Below are positions 38,777 through 49,431 of a stretch of 64,000 bases of DNA, piece by piece. Position 1 is the first letter of the stretch; the number at the start of each line of letters is the position of its first letter. Made by a program: the position numbers and the translations under genes. The notes under the pieces were generated by a model. The model did not search any database and was not told the origin of the DNA. It saw only the letters and a program-made list of their open reading frames with translations. The stretch lies in contig JAQVJM010000001.1 of NCBI GenBank assembly GCA_028695135.1, positions 13,718 through 77,717 of the forward strand, read 5' to 3'. This stretch comes from Candidatus Moraniibacteriota bacterium. Lineage in GTDB: Bacteria; Patescibacteriota; Minisyncoccia; Moranbacterales; UBA9337.

Positions 38777-40962
38777 CATAGCCTTTTTCTTTTTAAAAGA
38801 AGAGAATTGGTCACTACTGAAACACTGCTCATTGCCATTGCCAAGCCGGCGAATTCCGCTTGCAATAAGCCGAAAGCGGCTATAGGGATTCCGATACTGT
38901 TATAAAAGAGTGCCCAGAAAAGATTTTGCTTAATTTTTTGCATAGTTTCCTTGCTGAGTTTTATTGACTTGGCGACATCTCTGGCATCATTTTTAACCAA
39001 CACGATATTTCCGGATTCGATTGCAATATCGGCTCCTTTGCCCATAGCAATTCCTACATCAGCTTGGGCCAGAGCGGGTGCGTCGTTTATGCCGTCTCCG
39101 ACCATGGCTACTATGGAAGTTTTTTGAATTTCCTTTATTTTTGATACTTTCTCTTCCGGAAGCACTTCGGAAATTACTCTTTTAATTTCCAGTTTCCTTC
39201 CGATAGCTTCAGCGGTGCGCCTGTTATCTCCGGTAAGCATCACGGATTCTATTCCCATGGCAGACAGTATTTTAATTGCGCTCTTGCTGCTTTCCTTGAT
39301 CTGATCACTTATCGCTATTATGCCGATGATATTGCCATTTTCGGCGCACAGCACTGCCGTCTTCCCTTCTTCTTCAAGGGATAATTTTTTCCCTTTGATA
39401 TTTTCAGATATGTCAATTGAATTATCCCGCATGAAATTTTCCGTTCCGATCAGTATTTTATTGTCGTTCAAAAATCCCTCTATGCCATGTCCCGGAGATG
39501 TTCTAAATCCCTGGGCATTTTCTAAGGATAATTTTTTTTCTTTGGCTTTATTTATAATAGCCTCTGCAAGCGGATGCTCGGATCTATTTTCTATAGAAGC
39601 TGATTTTCTGAGAATATTTTCTTCAGAATAACCTTCGAAAGATATGATATCAACTACCTCAGGGAAGCCTTTGGTCAGGGTACCGGTTTTATCGAAAACA
39701 ACGGTTTTGATTTTATTGGATATTTCAAGAGTTGCGCCATCGCGGATCAAAATTCCATTTTCAGCTCCTTTGCCAGTTCCGACAATGATGGCAGTGGGGG
39801 TGGCTAGTCCGAGAGCGCAAGGACATGCGATTACAAGAACTGCTGTAAAGGTGAGAAGGGCGGTTACAAAACTTGATCCTATAAAGAAGTACCAGACGAT
39901 AAAAGTTATAATCGCGATTACAATAACCGCCGGCACGAAATAGCCGGATATCTTATCTGCATATTTTTGGATAGGGGCTTTGGATCCTTGAGCTTCCTCG
40001 ACAAACTTGATAATTTGAGAAAGAATCGTATCTTTTCCAACCTTGGTGACCTCAAATTTAAAAGACCCGGTCTTATTTATCGTAGCGCCTATGACCGAAT
40101 CTCCGGCTTTTTTTTCCACAGGAATACTTTCTCCGGAGATCATAGATTCATCAATGCTTGAATGGCCTTCGATTATTTTTCCGTCCGCAGGTATTTTTTC
40201 TCCTGGGCGGACTATTACCATATCTCCCGGAGCGACCTCATCTAGCGGAATATCTATTTCTTCCCCATCTTTTTCTACCCGGGCGGTTTTGGCCTGAAGT
40301 CCCATTAGCTTTTTGATAGCGTCTCCCGCTTTTCCTTTGGCGCGAGCTTCAAGCCACTTCCCCAAAACTACGAAAGTAATAAGCAGAGCCGATGTCTCAT
40401 AGAAAACCTCTCCTTCGATCAAATAAGTCGTAGCTAAACTATAAAAGTAGGCGGCGCTTGTTCCGACAGCGATAAGGGTATCCATATTGGCGGTCTTATT
40501 CCTTAGTCCTATCCAGGTTCCTTTGTAAAATCGAAGGCCGATATAGAATTGGACTATCCCGGCAAGGACTGATTGCAAAACCTTGCTTTCAAATGACATA
40601 TTGTGAAAAATCATAGTCAAAAGAAGAATGGGAAATGATAAAAACAGACTGATTATGAACGTCAGCCTTTCTTTTTTTATTTCCGTTTCTGAACTTTTTG
40701 CGTGATGTGCATGGTTATGATCGCTTTCGGGATAAGCTTCATATCCTGCTTTCTTGACAGCCGATAAGACGGCTTTTGAATCTCTCTCGTTATTATATTC
40801 AACTGAAAGTTTTTCCGAAGCAAGATTCACATCGGCTTTCTTTATTTGAGGAAGCTTTTTCAGCTTATCTTCTATGGTAAAAACGCAGGAAGCGCAATGC
40901 ATTCCTTTTATAGAAAAAACTTCTTTGTCCTTCTTGTTTTTCATGATGATGTCTTTTGTCAT
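38776..40962 (-). CDS. copA: copper-translocating P1B-type ATPase
   Basis: GMHCASC HMA domain, [31 protein letters not shown] and MAMSS TM ligands. Confidence 0.96.
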   Translation of the reverse strand: MTKDIIMKNKKDKEVFSIKGMHCASCVFTIEDKLKKLPQIKKADVNLASEKLSVEYNNERDSKAVLSAVKKAGYEAYPESDHNHAHHAKSSETEIKKERLTFIISLFLSFPILLLTMIFHNMSFESKVLQSVLAGIVQFYIGLRFYKGTWIGLRNKTANMDTLIAVGTSAAYFYSLATTYLIEGEVFYETSALLITFVVLGKWLEARAKGKAGDAIKKLMGLQAKTARVEKDGEEIDIPLDEVAPGDMVIVRPGEKIPADGKIIEGHSSIDESMISGESIPVEKKAGDSVIGATINKTGSFKFEVTKVGKDTILSQIIKFVEEAQGSKAPIQKYADKISGYFVPAVIVIAIITFIVWYFFIGSSFVTALLTFTAVLVIACPCALGLATPTAIIVGTGKGAENGILIRDGATLEISNKIKTVVFDKTGTLTKGFPEVVDIISFEGYSEENILRKSASIENRSEHPLAEAIINKAKEKKLSLENAQGFRTSPGHGIEGFLNDNKILIGTENFMRDNSIDISENIKGKKLSLEEEGKTAVLCAENGNIIGIIAISDQIKESSKSAIKILSAMGIESVMLTGDNRRTAEAIGRKLEIKRVISEVLPEEKVSKIKEIQKTSIVAMVGDGINDAPALAQADVGIAMGKGADIAIESGNIVLVKNDARDVAKSIKLSKETMQKIKQNLFWALFYNSIGIPIAAFGLLQAEFAGLAMAMSSVSVVTNSLLLKRKRL

Positions 40963-41066
40963 AAGCGGGCAATTCTTATCGGAAGAATTATTATTGGAAA
41001 ATAATCCTGTTTTATTTATGTTTAGTTATACAATTACGCGGTTGCGGGATTATGCAACTATTAAAC

Positions 41067-41274
41067 CTTTGCCTACAACGGTGTTGGGTGCCCGTTGCAG
41101 GCAAAGATTTAATATTATTCCGTCCCTATCTGCAACGGTGTTGGGTGCCCGTTGCAGATAGGGACGTCTGATTTCAATAAGTCATTTTATATAACCAGAC
41201 GTCTTTTGTCTCCGAATAAAATGCTTATTATCAGATCCTTGCCTACAACGGTGTTGGGTGCCCGTTGCAGGCAG
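41067..41274. repeat. cluster of three palindromic elements with core CAACGGTGTTGGGTGCCCGTTGCAG
   Basis: Identical 25-nt core at 41076, 41133 and 41246, each embedded in a longer hairpin. Confidence 0.92.
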
Positions 41275-41289
41275 AAATCCGATAATTTT

Positions 41290-42675
41290 TTATTCGACGA
41301 CCTCTATGGTTCCCGAGACCATTCCCATCCAACAGCTGAATTTGAACTTTCCCGCCTGGGTTGGCAAGAACTCTTTTATGCTGGTTTCTCCCGGAGTCAG
41401 ATTTATCTGTCCGTTGAACAAATTTCTGGATATTATTGCGTTTGTGCATCCGCTGGTTCCCCTGTCTTCAATCCGCCATTCAACCGGTATGTTTTTCCTG
41501 ACTTTTATATAATTGGGAGAATATCCGGAAGATGTGGCTGTTGTTTTGACTATCTGCTTCCCGTTTTCTATCAAAGGGAGTCCATCTATATCTCTCAGGG
41601 CGCTCTTGCCTGATTTCTGGCTTAATCCCGGCTCTTCCTTTTGATTTTTTGCCAGATCGCTTGCGCTTGTAAATCCTAAAGCATTCAATTGGGAATTTAT
41701 ATTGAATAAAGCGAAAAAAACTATCAGAATTCCGGCGGTTTTTGAAAAAATCAAAGCGGTATTGTGGCTGCTTATAAATTTTACGCTGGTCAGTCCTATG
41801 AGGAGAAGGGAAGGGAGCGTGCCGATGGCGAACATGAGCATGATAAGGCCTCCTGATATGAAACTTCCCGATAGCAGAGCGAATCCTTGAGCGGTTATGG
41901 TGAATCCGCAAGGCAGAAAAAAAGTCAGCGCGCCTATGAGAAAGGGGGATCTATTTTTTTTGTTCTGCGGAGCGCCGAAAATTTTATCTGTTGCGGATTT
42001 GGGCAGAGCGATCCTTATTTTTTTAAGCTGTTTGATCCCGATCATTTGAAATCCGATGATTAACATTGCCGCTGAAACGATGAAGACCAGTATTGACGAA
42101 AAAGCGGGCGAAAGGGTGAATTTTTCTCCTATCGATCCAAGCATTCCTCCCAATAAAGCATAAGAAAACAATCTTCCGGAGTTGAATAATATTTGGGGCC
42201 TGATCCTTCTGAAATATTTTTTTTCATCTGAATAATCCTCGTCCCATTTCTTCGACAAGGAAAGGACTAGTCCTCCTACCAGAGCCGCGCAGCTGGATAT
42301 GCCGGCAACCAGCCCGAGAAACAGAAAGGCTGTCAAAGGAGATGCGGGGGACGCTTGCGCGATATTTGTGATTTCCGATTTATCCAGCAGGAAAAAAGCT
42401 GTTATCAATAAGGCGGAAATCAAAAAACTGATCGCAGTGCCTGAGGATTTTCCTTCTGTGCCAGGCTTATTTTCCGATAATCTGTAGTTGTTATTCCTCA
42501 AGGCCTTGTTAATTTCCGGAATGTTTATTTTATTTTTATATTGAATGGTGACTGAATTTTTTTTCTGTGAAACATCGGCAGAGCAAATATTGGGGATCTT
42601 TTCAAGCTCGTTCTTTATGATCAGTTCGCAGGAAGAACAACGCATCCCATCAATATATAATATTTTAGTTTTCAT
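41290..42675 (-). CDS. HMA + DsbD_2/TauE-like membrane domain + cupredoxin fusion (copper homeostasis)
   Basis: GMRCSSC, SSCAALVGG, FFLPCGFT, SGC...FSCWMGM; start ATG 42675 overlaps the csoR stop. Confidence 0.9.
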   Translation of the reverse strand: MKTKILYIDGMRCSSCELIIKNELEKIPNICSADVSQKKNSVTIQYKNKINIPEINKALRNNNYRLSENKPGTEGKSSGTAISFLISALLITAFFLLDKSEITNIAQASPASPLTAFLFLGLVAGISSCAALVGGLVLSLSKKWDEDYSDEKKYFRRIRPQILFNSGRLFSYALLGGMLGSIGEKFTLSPAFSSILVFIVSAAMLIIGFQMIGIKQLKKIRIALPKSATDKIFGAPQNKKNRSPFLIGALTFFLPCGFTITAQGFALLSGSFISGGLIMLMFAIGTLPSLLLIGLTSVKFISSHNTALIFSKTAGILIVFFALFNINSQLNALGFTSASDLAKNQKEEPGLSQKSGKSALRDIDGLPLIENGKQIVKTTATSSGYSPNYIKVRKNIPVEWRIEDRGTSGCTNAIISRNLFNGQINLTPGETSIKEFLPTQAGKFKFSCWMGMVSGTIEVVE

Positions 42676-42950
42676 CGTTTGCCGCAAATCCTTATTACTT
42701 TTAAAAGTTCCTTTATTTTTTCTTTCTTGACTCTTTTGCCGGGTTTATCGATAGCTTCCAAGAAACAACCGTTAAGATGACCTTCCATGATCATCCGGTG
42801 AGCCGATTTTAACAGTCCGATTACGGCCAAGTTCTGAGTCATTATGTCGACGCAGTATCTATCTTCTTCTATCATCTTGATTATATTGTTTATCTGCCCG
42901 CGCGCTTTTTTAAAGCTGACAAGGGACTGTTTCTTTTTTGCGTTAGCCAT
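42672..42950 (-). CDS. csoR: CsoR/RcnR family metal-sensing repressor
   Basis: KARGQI..I.KMIEEDRYCVDI...HLNGC (C-H-C copper ligands). Confidence 0.92.
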   Translation of the reverse strand: MANAKKKQSLVSFKKARGQINNIIKMIEEDRYCVDIMTQNLAVIGLLKSAHRMIMEGHLNGCFLEAIDKPGKRVKKEKIKELLKVIRICGKR

Positions 42951-42977
42951 TTGTTTGCTTATTTAATTGTTTACCCA

Positions 42978-43032
42978 ACATCCCCCCCTGGGGGTTGTGT
43001 GATGATAATATCATAATAAAAATTTTTGTCAA
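42978..43032 (-). promoter_or_regulatory. csoR operon promoter and CsoR-type operator
   Basis: Minus strand TTGACA (43032-43027), 16 nt, TATTAT; downstream C7-T-G5 tract (42982-42994) typical of CsoR operators. Confidence 0.7.
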
Positions 43033-43132
43033 ATTCATCAATTTTTCATGATTTAAACGCTGGCCAATTCAAGATTTTTGTAATAGAATATGGTAAGACA
43101 GTCTGGCCTAATATTTAAACAAGCCCAAAAAT

Positions 43133-43525
43133 ATGGATGAAAAAAATAAGAAAATAATAATTGTTGCCGAAGATCAGCCTGAAGAGCTAAGCGCTCTTTC
43201 TGACAAATTGACTAACAGCGGTTTTGAAGTTGTGGGAACTTCCGATGGTGAAAAGTGTCTGGAGGCCGTTAAAAAAAACAGTCCGGATCTGATATTGCTG
43301 GATCTAGTAATGCCGAGAATGGGCGGCTTGGCGGTTCTCGAAGAATTAAAAAAAGATGAAAATCATAGATTTATTCCCGTTATCGTGCTTACCAATCTTG
43401 ACAGTCTGGGCGATATCCAAAAAGTCGCCGAAAGAGGAGTTCGCGACTATCTGATAAAAAGCGATTGGGATCTTGACGGGATAGTAGGGAAAATAAATGA
43501 TATATTAGGAACAAAGGAAAAATAA
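43133..43525 (+). CDS. single-domain response regulator receiver
   Basis: AED, PDLILLDLVMP, IVLTN, DYLIK motifs. Confidence 0.93.
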   Translation: MDEKNKKIIIVAEDQPEELSALSDKLTNSGFEVVGTSDGEKCLEAVKKNSPDLILLDLVMPRMGGLAVLEELKKDENHRFIPVIVLTNLDSLGDIQKVAERGVRDYLIKSDWDLDGIVGKINDILGTKEK

Positions 43526-43578
43526 ATATTATTTTTTCCTTTGTATTAATTAACGGGTAAATTCAATATTTTAAAATT

Positions 43579-44631
43579 ATGGAAAAAATCCTTCTGATGA
43601 TCCTCTTGGCGGCCATAGGGATCGTAATTTTTCTCCTGACGAAAAAGAAAGATTCGGGAGACAGCGATAAAATCGCGGCCATGATGGAAAGACTCTCGAC
43701 TCTTTCCGAAGAGAACAAGGATTTGCGCAATCTTGTGGATTGCAAGTTGTCTGAAACCCATAAGGCCAGCGCCCAAACTATCAAGGATATACACAGCCAG
43801 TCTGTCAGGCAGATCGAAAGCATAACCGAAAAATTGGCGAAATTAGAAAACACCAATAAGCAGGTAGTCGGCTTTTCCGAGCAGTTGAAAAATCTTCAGG
43901 ACATATTGCAGAATTCCAAGCAAAGAGGCGCGCTGGGCGAATATTTTTTGGAAACCACGATAAAGAATGTTTTGCCTCCGGAAAGCTACGAGTTCCAGTA
44001 TCCTTTTAAGGATGGATCGATCGTGGATGCTGTTATAAAATTGCCGGACGGGATAGTCCCAGTTGATTCTAAGTTCTCATTGGAAAATTACAACAAGATA
44101 TTGTCAGAGAAAGAGCCTCAACAGAAGAAAGAGTTAGAAAGGAAATTTAAGGAAGATCTTAAAAACAGAATAATGGAAACCAGCAAATACATAAAACCGA
44201 AAGAGGGAACCATGGATTTTGCCTTCATGTTTATCCCCTCAGAAGGAATATACTATGATCTGCTCATCTCAAAAATAGGAGTAGTCGACTCTAAAAATTT
44301 TTTGGAATACGCTTTTCGAGATAAAAAAGTCATAATTGTTTCTCCGACTACCCTACATGCCTATTTGCAGACCGTTATGCAAGGATTAAAATCTCTCAAG
44401 ATTGAGAAACAGGCGATGGAAATAGGAAAAAGAGTTGAAAATTTGCAAAGACATATAATAAAATATTCAACTTATCACCAAAAACTGGGAAATTCGATAT
44501 CTACCGTGGTCAATCATTACAACGAAACCAGCAAATCATTAAAGCAAGTGTCCAATGACACTATTAAAATTACCGAAGCGGGAGACGTTATCGAGGTGGA
44601 AGCCCTAGAGCGTCCGAAAATGGAAGATTAG
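43579..44631 (+). CDS. rmuC: DNA recombination protein RmuC
   Basis: N-terminal TM, coiled coil, KQRGALGE, VDSKF, DFAFMFIPSE, VSPTTL. Confidence 0.94.
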   Translation: MEKILLMILLAAIGIVIFLLTKKKDSGDSDKIAAMMERLSTLSEENKDLRNLVDCKLSETHKASAQTIKDIHSQSVRQIESITEKLAKLENTNKQVVGFSEQLKNLQDILQNSKQRGALGEYFLETTIKNVLPPESYEFQYPFKDGSIVDAVIKLPDGIVPVDSKFSLENYNKILSEKEPQQKKELERKFKEDLKNRIMETSKYIKPKEGTMDFAFMFIPSEGIYYDLLISKIGVVDSKNFLEYAFRDKKVIIVSPTTLHAYLQTVMQGLKSLKIEKQAMEIGKRVENLQRHIIKYSTYHQKLGNSISTVVNHYNETSKSLKQVSNDTIKITEAGDVIEVEALERPKMED

Positions 44632-44697
44632 ATATATTATTGAAATATTTAATCTTCTTTGTTATTCTTAAAATCGTTAAGATTAAGGTTTAAGATA

Positions 44698-45570
44698 ATG
44701 AAAGTTACTTTGAGTAAATATGCCGGATTTTGCGACGGAGTGGAGAGAGCATACGAAATAGTCAAAGAAATTGCCAAAAAGCCGGATATAAAGAGGCCGA
44801 TTTTCATCTTGGGCTCATTGGTGCATAATGAGGATGTTGTTGAAAGTATCGAAAAGATGGGAATTGGTAAGATTGATTTTGACGGAAAAGTGGAAGAAAT
44901 CACCAAAAAAATTGATAAAAAAATAGGCACTTTAGTAATTACCGCTCATGGCATAGGTCCTAAGATATTTGAAATAGCCAGGAAAAAAGGAGTGGATATA
45001 GTGGATACGACCTGCCCGAAAGTGATAAAAGTTCAAAGATTAGCGCAAGCTTTTTTTGGGAGAAATCATCAGGTAATAATTATAGGGGAGGAAAAGCATA
45101 AAGAGGTCCAAGGGATACACCGTTGGGCGAGAAGGAAATCTTTTATCGTATCGAGCAAAGAAGATATAATGGGTTTAGAACTGGATATCTCAAGGCCGAT
45201 AACGGTCATTTCCCAAACTACCCAGAATAGAGACTGGGTCGAAGAAATGGCCGAGGCGATAAGCAAGAAATATCCCCAAGCGGAAATAATCGATACGGTA
45301 TGCTCGACGACTCGCGATAGGCAATCGGAGGCCAAAGAGCTTGCTCGTAGCAACGATCTGGTTCTGGTCATAGGTTCGCCTGCAAGTTCCAATTCAAACA
45401 GGCTTTGGGAAATTTCCAAGGATATAAACAGAAAGACTTATTTCATAGAAAGACTGGAAGACATAAAGGAAGAGTGGCTTGGCAATTGTGAAAAAATCGG
45501 AATTACGGCCGGGGCGTCTTCTCCAAGATGGGTTATAAGAGAAGTTGTCGAATATTTAAAAAAAGTCTAA
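44698..45570 (+). CDS. ispH: 4-hydroxy-3-methylbut-2-enyl diphosphate reductase
   Basis: AGFCDGVERA, LVHN, AHG, DTTCPKV, HKEV, SQTT, DTVCSTT, SSNS, GITAGAS. Confidence 0.95.
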   Translation: MKVTLSKYAGFCDGVERAYEIVKEIAKKPDIKRPIFILGSLVHNEDVVESIEKMGIGKIDFDGKVEEITKKIDKKIGTLVITAHGIGPKIFEIARKKGVDIVDTTCPKVIKVQRLAQAFFGRNHQVIIIGEEKHKEVQGIHRWARRKSFIVSSKEDIMGLELDISRPITVISQTTQNRDWVEEMAEAISKKYPQAEIIDTVCSTTRDRQSEAKELARSNDLVLVIGSPASSNSNRLWEISKDINRKTYFIERLEDIKEEWLGNCEKIGITAGASSPRWVIREVVEYLKKV

Positions 45571-45626
45571 ACTATCTTAGCGTCCTTAAATTTTTTGTAA
45601 ATAAAGGATTTACGGAACAAAAAAAT

Positions 45627-46946
45627 ATGGAAAGAACATTAATAGGCAAGACGCCGGATTTTATCGGAAAGAAAGTGAAAATTTCCGGGTGGGTTAGCAC
45701 TCGCCGTGATCATGGAAAGCTTGTTTTTATGGATATCCGAGACAGGAGCGGGCAGATTCAGACCATTGTCATTCCGGATAAGGAAAAGGCCCATAGTCTT
45801 GCCAAGGAAATCCGGAACGAATATATAGTGGAGATAGAAGGCCTGGTCAAAGAGAGGCCGGGAGGGTCGAGCAATGAAAAAGTGGATACGGGAGGGTTGG
45901 AGATAGAGGTTGAGAACATAAGCATAATTTCCAAGCCCAAAAAAGATCTTCCGGTGGATGTTTCCGAGGACAGGATGGATTTGAATATTGAGACTCTTCT
46001 CAATCATCGGGCTTTGGTTTTGCGAAACAGAAGGATAAGAGCCATTTTCAAAGTTTATGCGGAAATCCTAAAATCATATTCGGAGGCCATGAGAAAATTC
46101 GGATTTTTGGAAATAAAGTCTCCCAAAATACTCAATGCGGCTACTGAAGGCGGAGCAAATTTCTTTAAAATAAAATATTTCGAAAGAGACGCTTTCTTGG
46201 CGCAGAGTCCTCAATTTTATAAGCAATCCGGAGTAGGCGCTTTTGAGAGGGTTTTTGAGGTGGGATCGGTCTTTAGGGCCGAACCTCACTATACGACCAG
46301 GCATATAAACGAATATGTCGGCATGGATGCCGAAATGGGATTCATAGAAAGCTTTGAAGATATAATGGGCCAATTGGAAAAAGTGTTGATCGCCATGCTC
46401 AAGGACGTAAAAAATAATTGCAAAGAAGAATTGAAACTTTATGAAGCGGAAATTCCGGAAATAAAAACCATTCCCCGGATAAAATTGACAGAAGCTCTGA
46501 ATGTTTTGGAAAAGGAATTTGGGAAAAAAATGGACAAAGTGGATATCGATCCGGAAGGAGAAAGGCTTATCTGCCAATGGGCCAAGGAGAAATATGACAG
46601 CGATTTCATATTTTTGACGCATTATCCTTCGAGTATACGCCCCTTTTATACTATGCCGAGCAAGGATCCTCAATATACGGAGAGTTTCGACCTTCTTTTC
46701 AGAGGAGTCGAGATTGCTACGGGGGGGCAGCGCATCCATGATTATGACAAGCTTGTGGAAAGCATCAAAAAGCACAATCTCGATCCGAAAGACTTTAAGC
46801 ATTATTTGGATAATTTCCTTTTTGGAATGCCGCCTCATGGAGGATGGGGGATGGGAAGCGAAAGAATCGTGCAAAAAATTCTGGATTTAGACAATATAAA
46901 GGAGGCCGTTTTGTTTCCCAGAGACGTAAAGAGGCTCACTCCTTGA
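45627..46946 (+). CDS. aspS: aspartate--tRNA ligase, short archaeal-type (likely non-discriminating)
   Basis: 439 aa without GAD insert; LAQSPQFYKQ, FRAE, GGQRIH, GMPPHGG, FPRD. Confidence 0.93.
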   Translation: MERTLIGKTPDFIGKKVKISGWVSTRRDHGKLVFMDIRDRSGQIQTIVIPDKEKAHSLAKEIRNEYIVEIEGLVKERPGGSSNEKVDTGGLEIEVENISIISKPKKDLPVDVSEDRMDLNIETLLNHRALVLRNRRIRAIFKVYAEILKSYSEAMRKFGFLEIKSPKILNAATEGGANFFKIKYFERDAFLAQSPQFYKQSGVGAFERVFEVGSVFRAEPHYTTRHINEYVGMDAEMGFIESFEDIMGQLEKVLIAMLKDVKNNCKEELKLYEAEIPEIKTIPRIKLTEALNVLEKEFGKKMDKVDIDPEGERLICQWAKEKYDSDFIFLTHYPSSIRPFYTMPSKDPQYTESFDLLFRGVEIATGGQRIHDYDKLVESIKKHNLDPKDFKHYLDNFLFGMPPHGGWGMGSERIVQKILDLDNIKEAVLFPRDVKRLTP

Positions 46947-46974
46947 TGCGGGGATAATTTTTTTAAACACAAAA

Positions 46975-48183
46975 ATGAAAATAAATCGATTCAAACATAA
47001 AGAAAAGGTAAATTATAAAAAACTCAACATAATAAACGCCCTGGCTTTTTTGATGGGTTTTTCGGGAGCGCTCTTGGCCTATGTCATATCCAGTTATCTT
47101 AAGGAAATTTTGGGAACGGATAATGTCGGATTCATATATTTCATAGCTTATTTCATAGTTTTGATACTGCTCTTAAATCTCCATAGGATAGTCAGAGTCT
47201 TTGGCAAATCTTTTACTCTGCAGCTTTCTATTATTTTAAAAATAATATCGATAACGGGAATATTATTTTCCGGATTTTCATTCTGGGGAATATTTTTTCT
47301 TATAATTTATACTATTGCGGGCACTTTGTCGTGGACGGCGATGGATACGATTGTCGAATCTTTTTCCAAAGACATAGAATCGGGAAGGATAAGGGGTATC
47401 CACTTGACTATTGCCAATGCGGGCTTCTTGATGGGCCCGCTTTTATCTTCGCAAGTTTTGGAGAGATATGATTTTTACGGAGTTTTTCTGATGTCCCTTA
47501 TAACTTATTCGGTAATTCTTATTATTTCCATAATAAGCCTGAGACGAACCAATCATAAATTTAGAGAAAAGATAGGGGCGATCAAGTTGCTCAAGAAAGT
47601 TTTAGAAAGGAAAAATATAATGAGAATCTATTATGTTTCTTTCGTCCTAGAGCTTTTTTACGCGCTGATGCTCATATATGCCCCGCTTTATCTTTTAAGC
47701 AAGGGTTTTTCTTGGGATCAGCTAGGAATCGCTTTCACCATAATGCTTGTTCCTTTTGTTCTCATACAATATCCTATGGGAATATTGGCGGACAAGAAAA
47801 CCGGAGAAAAAGAATTTTTGCTCTTATCTTTTCTTATTCTGGGGATATCCACGTTGATCTTTTATTTTTCCGACAGTGCGGATATAATGGTTTGGGCGAC
47901 GATTCTTCTTTTGGGGAGGATAGGCGCGGCATTAGTGGAAATATTGAGGGAGTCCTATTTTTATAAAAGAGTAGACGGTGATAATGTCGATATAATAAAT
48001 TTTTTCAAGACGGCTCGTCCCGTAGCTTATATCATAGCGACATTTTTTTCCAGCATCCTTTTGTACTTTTTTGACTTGAAATCAATATTTCTTTTCATAA
48101 CCGTCGCTTGTTTCTCGGCAATTTATCCGACTTTCAGGCTTATGGACAACAAATCGGAAAAAGAGATTTTAAAGATGAATTGA
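46975..48183 (+). CDS. MFS transporter
   Basis: About 12 TM segments, G.LADK.GEK motif A-like loop. Confidence 0.85.
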   Translation: MKINRFKHKEKVNYKKLNIINALAFLMGFSGALLAYVISSYLKEILGTDNVGFIYFIAYFIVLILLLNLHRIVRVFGKSFTLQLSIILKIISITGILFSGFSFWGIFFLIIYTIAGTLSWTAMDTIVESFSKDIESGRIRGIHLTIANAGFLMGPLLSSQVLERYDFYGVFLMSLITYSVILIISIISLRRTNHKFREKIGAIKLLKKVLERKNIMRIYYVSFVLELFYALMLIYAPLYLLSKGFSWDQLGIAFTIMLVPFVLIQYPMGILADKKTGEKEFLLLSFLILGISTLIFYFSDSADIMVWATILLLGRIGAALVEILRESYFYKRVDGDNVDIINFFKTARPVAYIIATFFSSILLYFFDLKSIFLFITVACFSAIYPTFRLMDNKSEKEILKMN

Positions 48184-48215
48184 ATTTTTTAATTTGTAAA
48201 AAATATTTGAAAAAT

Positions 48216-48794
48216 ATGGCAATTCCCAAAAAAGTTATAAATTATTTGGAAAAAGAAGGATTTAATTACGAGGCCATATCTCATAAGACCGCTTATACCG
48301 CTTGGGACATATCTCAAACCAAGAGAATAAGTCCCAAGGAAATTGTCAAAGCGCTCGTTCTAAGGATCGACAGAGATTATGTTTTAGCCCTGCTTCCGGC
48401 TGACAGGAATTTGGATAGAAAAAAATTTTTAAAGACTGTAAATGCAGGAAGGAAAAAGATGGGAGGAAAGATTGCCAAAAGGATCGATTTTGCCAAAGAA
48501 GCGTGGATGAAAAAAAATGTATTTGGAAAGCCGGGAGCGGTTCCGCCGTTCGGAGGACTGCTCAATATGAAGATTTATGCCGATAATTCAATATTAAAAA
48601 ATAAAAAGTTATATCTGGGATCCGGTGATTATGAGACATCAATAAGCGTAAAATTGTCAGACTATGTCAAAAGAGAGGAGATTGAAAAAGGAAATTTCAG
48701 CATGGCTAAAAAAATAAAAAAATCTTTTGCAAAAAAGGATAGATCGAAAAAAACAAAAAAGAGGAGGTCGGGATGCGGCTGCTGCCGCGGTTGA
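48216..48794 (+). CDS. YbaK/EbsC (aminoacyl-tRNA deacylase-like) protein with basic Cys-rich tail
   Basis: HKTAYTA, EIVKALV, GAVPPFG motifs; start ATG 48216. Confidence 0.88.
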   Translation: MAIPKKVINYLEKEGFNYEAISHKTAYTAWDISQTKRISPKEIVKALVLRIDRDYVLALLPADRNLDRKKFLKTVNAGRKKMGGKIAKRIDFAKEAWMKKNVFGKPGAVPPFGGLLNMKIYADNSILKNKKLYLGSGDYETSISVKLSDYVKREEIEKGNFSMAKKIKKSFAKKDRSKKTKKRRSGCGCCRG

Positions 48795-48804
48795 TCGAAA
48801 TGAT

Positions 48805-48835
48805 AAAAACTGCCTTTTTCTAGGGCAGTTTTTTA
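48805..48835. terminator. bidirectional intrinsic terminator
   Basis: AAAAACTGCCT...GGGCAGTTTTTT between convergent genes. Confidence 0.8.
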
Positions 48836-48851
48836 TTGCAGGGCGCTTTTT

Positions 48852-49295
48852 TTAATAGCTTTTTATCTCCTCGATCAGGATGGCCAAATGTTTTTCGGTT
48901 TCATCATTCATTTTTTTAAATACTTTTTCTATGGCAGTGTTAGAAGGGGAAAATATTTCGAAACATTTTTTTTCCAATATCGAACGTTCTATGCGGAGAG
49001 CCGAACGCAAAGCGTCATCGTGAGATATCCTTTTTTTCTCGGCGCGGTCTATCTCTTTTTGCACGAAATCCATTACATACCTTACAATTCCTCGCGAAAA
49101 CTTGTTTTCTTTTATCAAGGCGTTTCCGTCCGCGCCTATATTTTTATTTATATAGGCGGCATGGGCTATTTCTTCGTCAGCCAATTTTTTCCAAAAATCT
49201 TTTTTTTCGGGTATCTTTTCCGCGTATAAGGAATACAGCTTACTGATGTTGATTTCATTTTCTTTAAATAAGATTATTATCGGTTTTTCTTCCAT
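48852..49295 (-). CDS. ferritin-like/rubrerythrin-family protein
   Basis: E...LY, WKKLADEEIAH, ALRIE, ETEKH di-iron-type motifs. Confidence 0.78.
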   Translation of the reverse strand: MEEKPIIILFKENEINISKLYSLYAEKIPEKKDFWKKLADEEIAHAAYINKNIGADGNALIKENKFSRGIVRYVMDFVQKEIDRAEKKRISHDDALRSALRIERSILEKKCFEIFSPSNTAIEKVFKKMNDETEKHLAILIEEIKSY

Positions 49296-49431
49296 AAAGT
49301 ATTTGATTGATGGAATTTCTCATAAATATGTTGCGAGATATCCCATCCTAATTATTATGATCATATTTTCCATGGCCGGATTAAGCATAATTTAATTCGG
49401 GTCAGGATCGGTTGCCTTTTCGCTTAAGGCA

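Noticed and set aside
41067-41274. CRISPR array
   Set aside because: Only three repeats, unequal spacing, flanks pair with each other as extended hairpins, and no cas genes in the window.
41152-41613. Plus-strand ORFs containing repeated LPTTVLGARCR peptides
   Set aside because: These are translations of the palindromic DNA repeats and lie largely antisense to real copper-operon genes.
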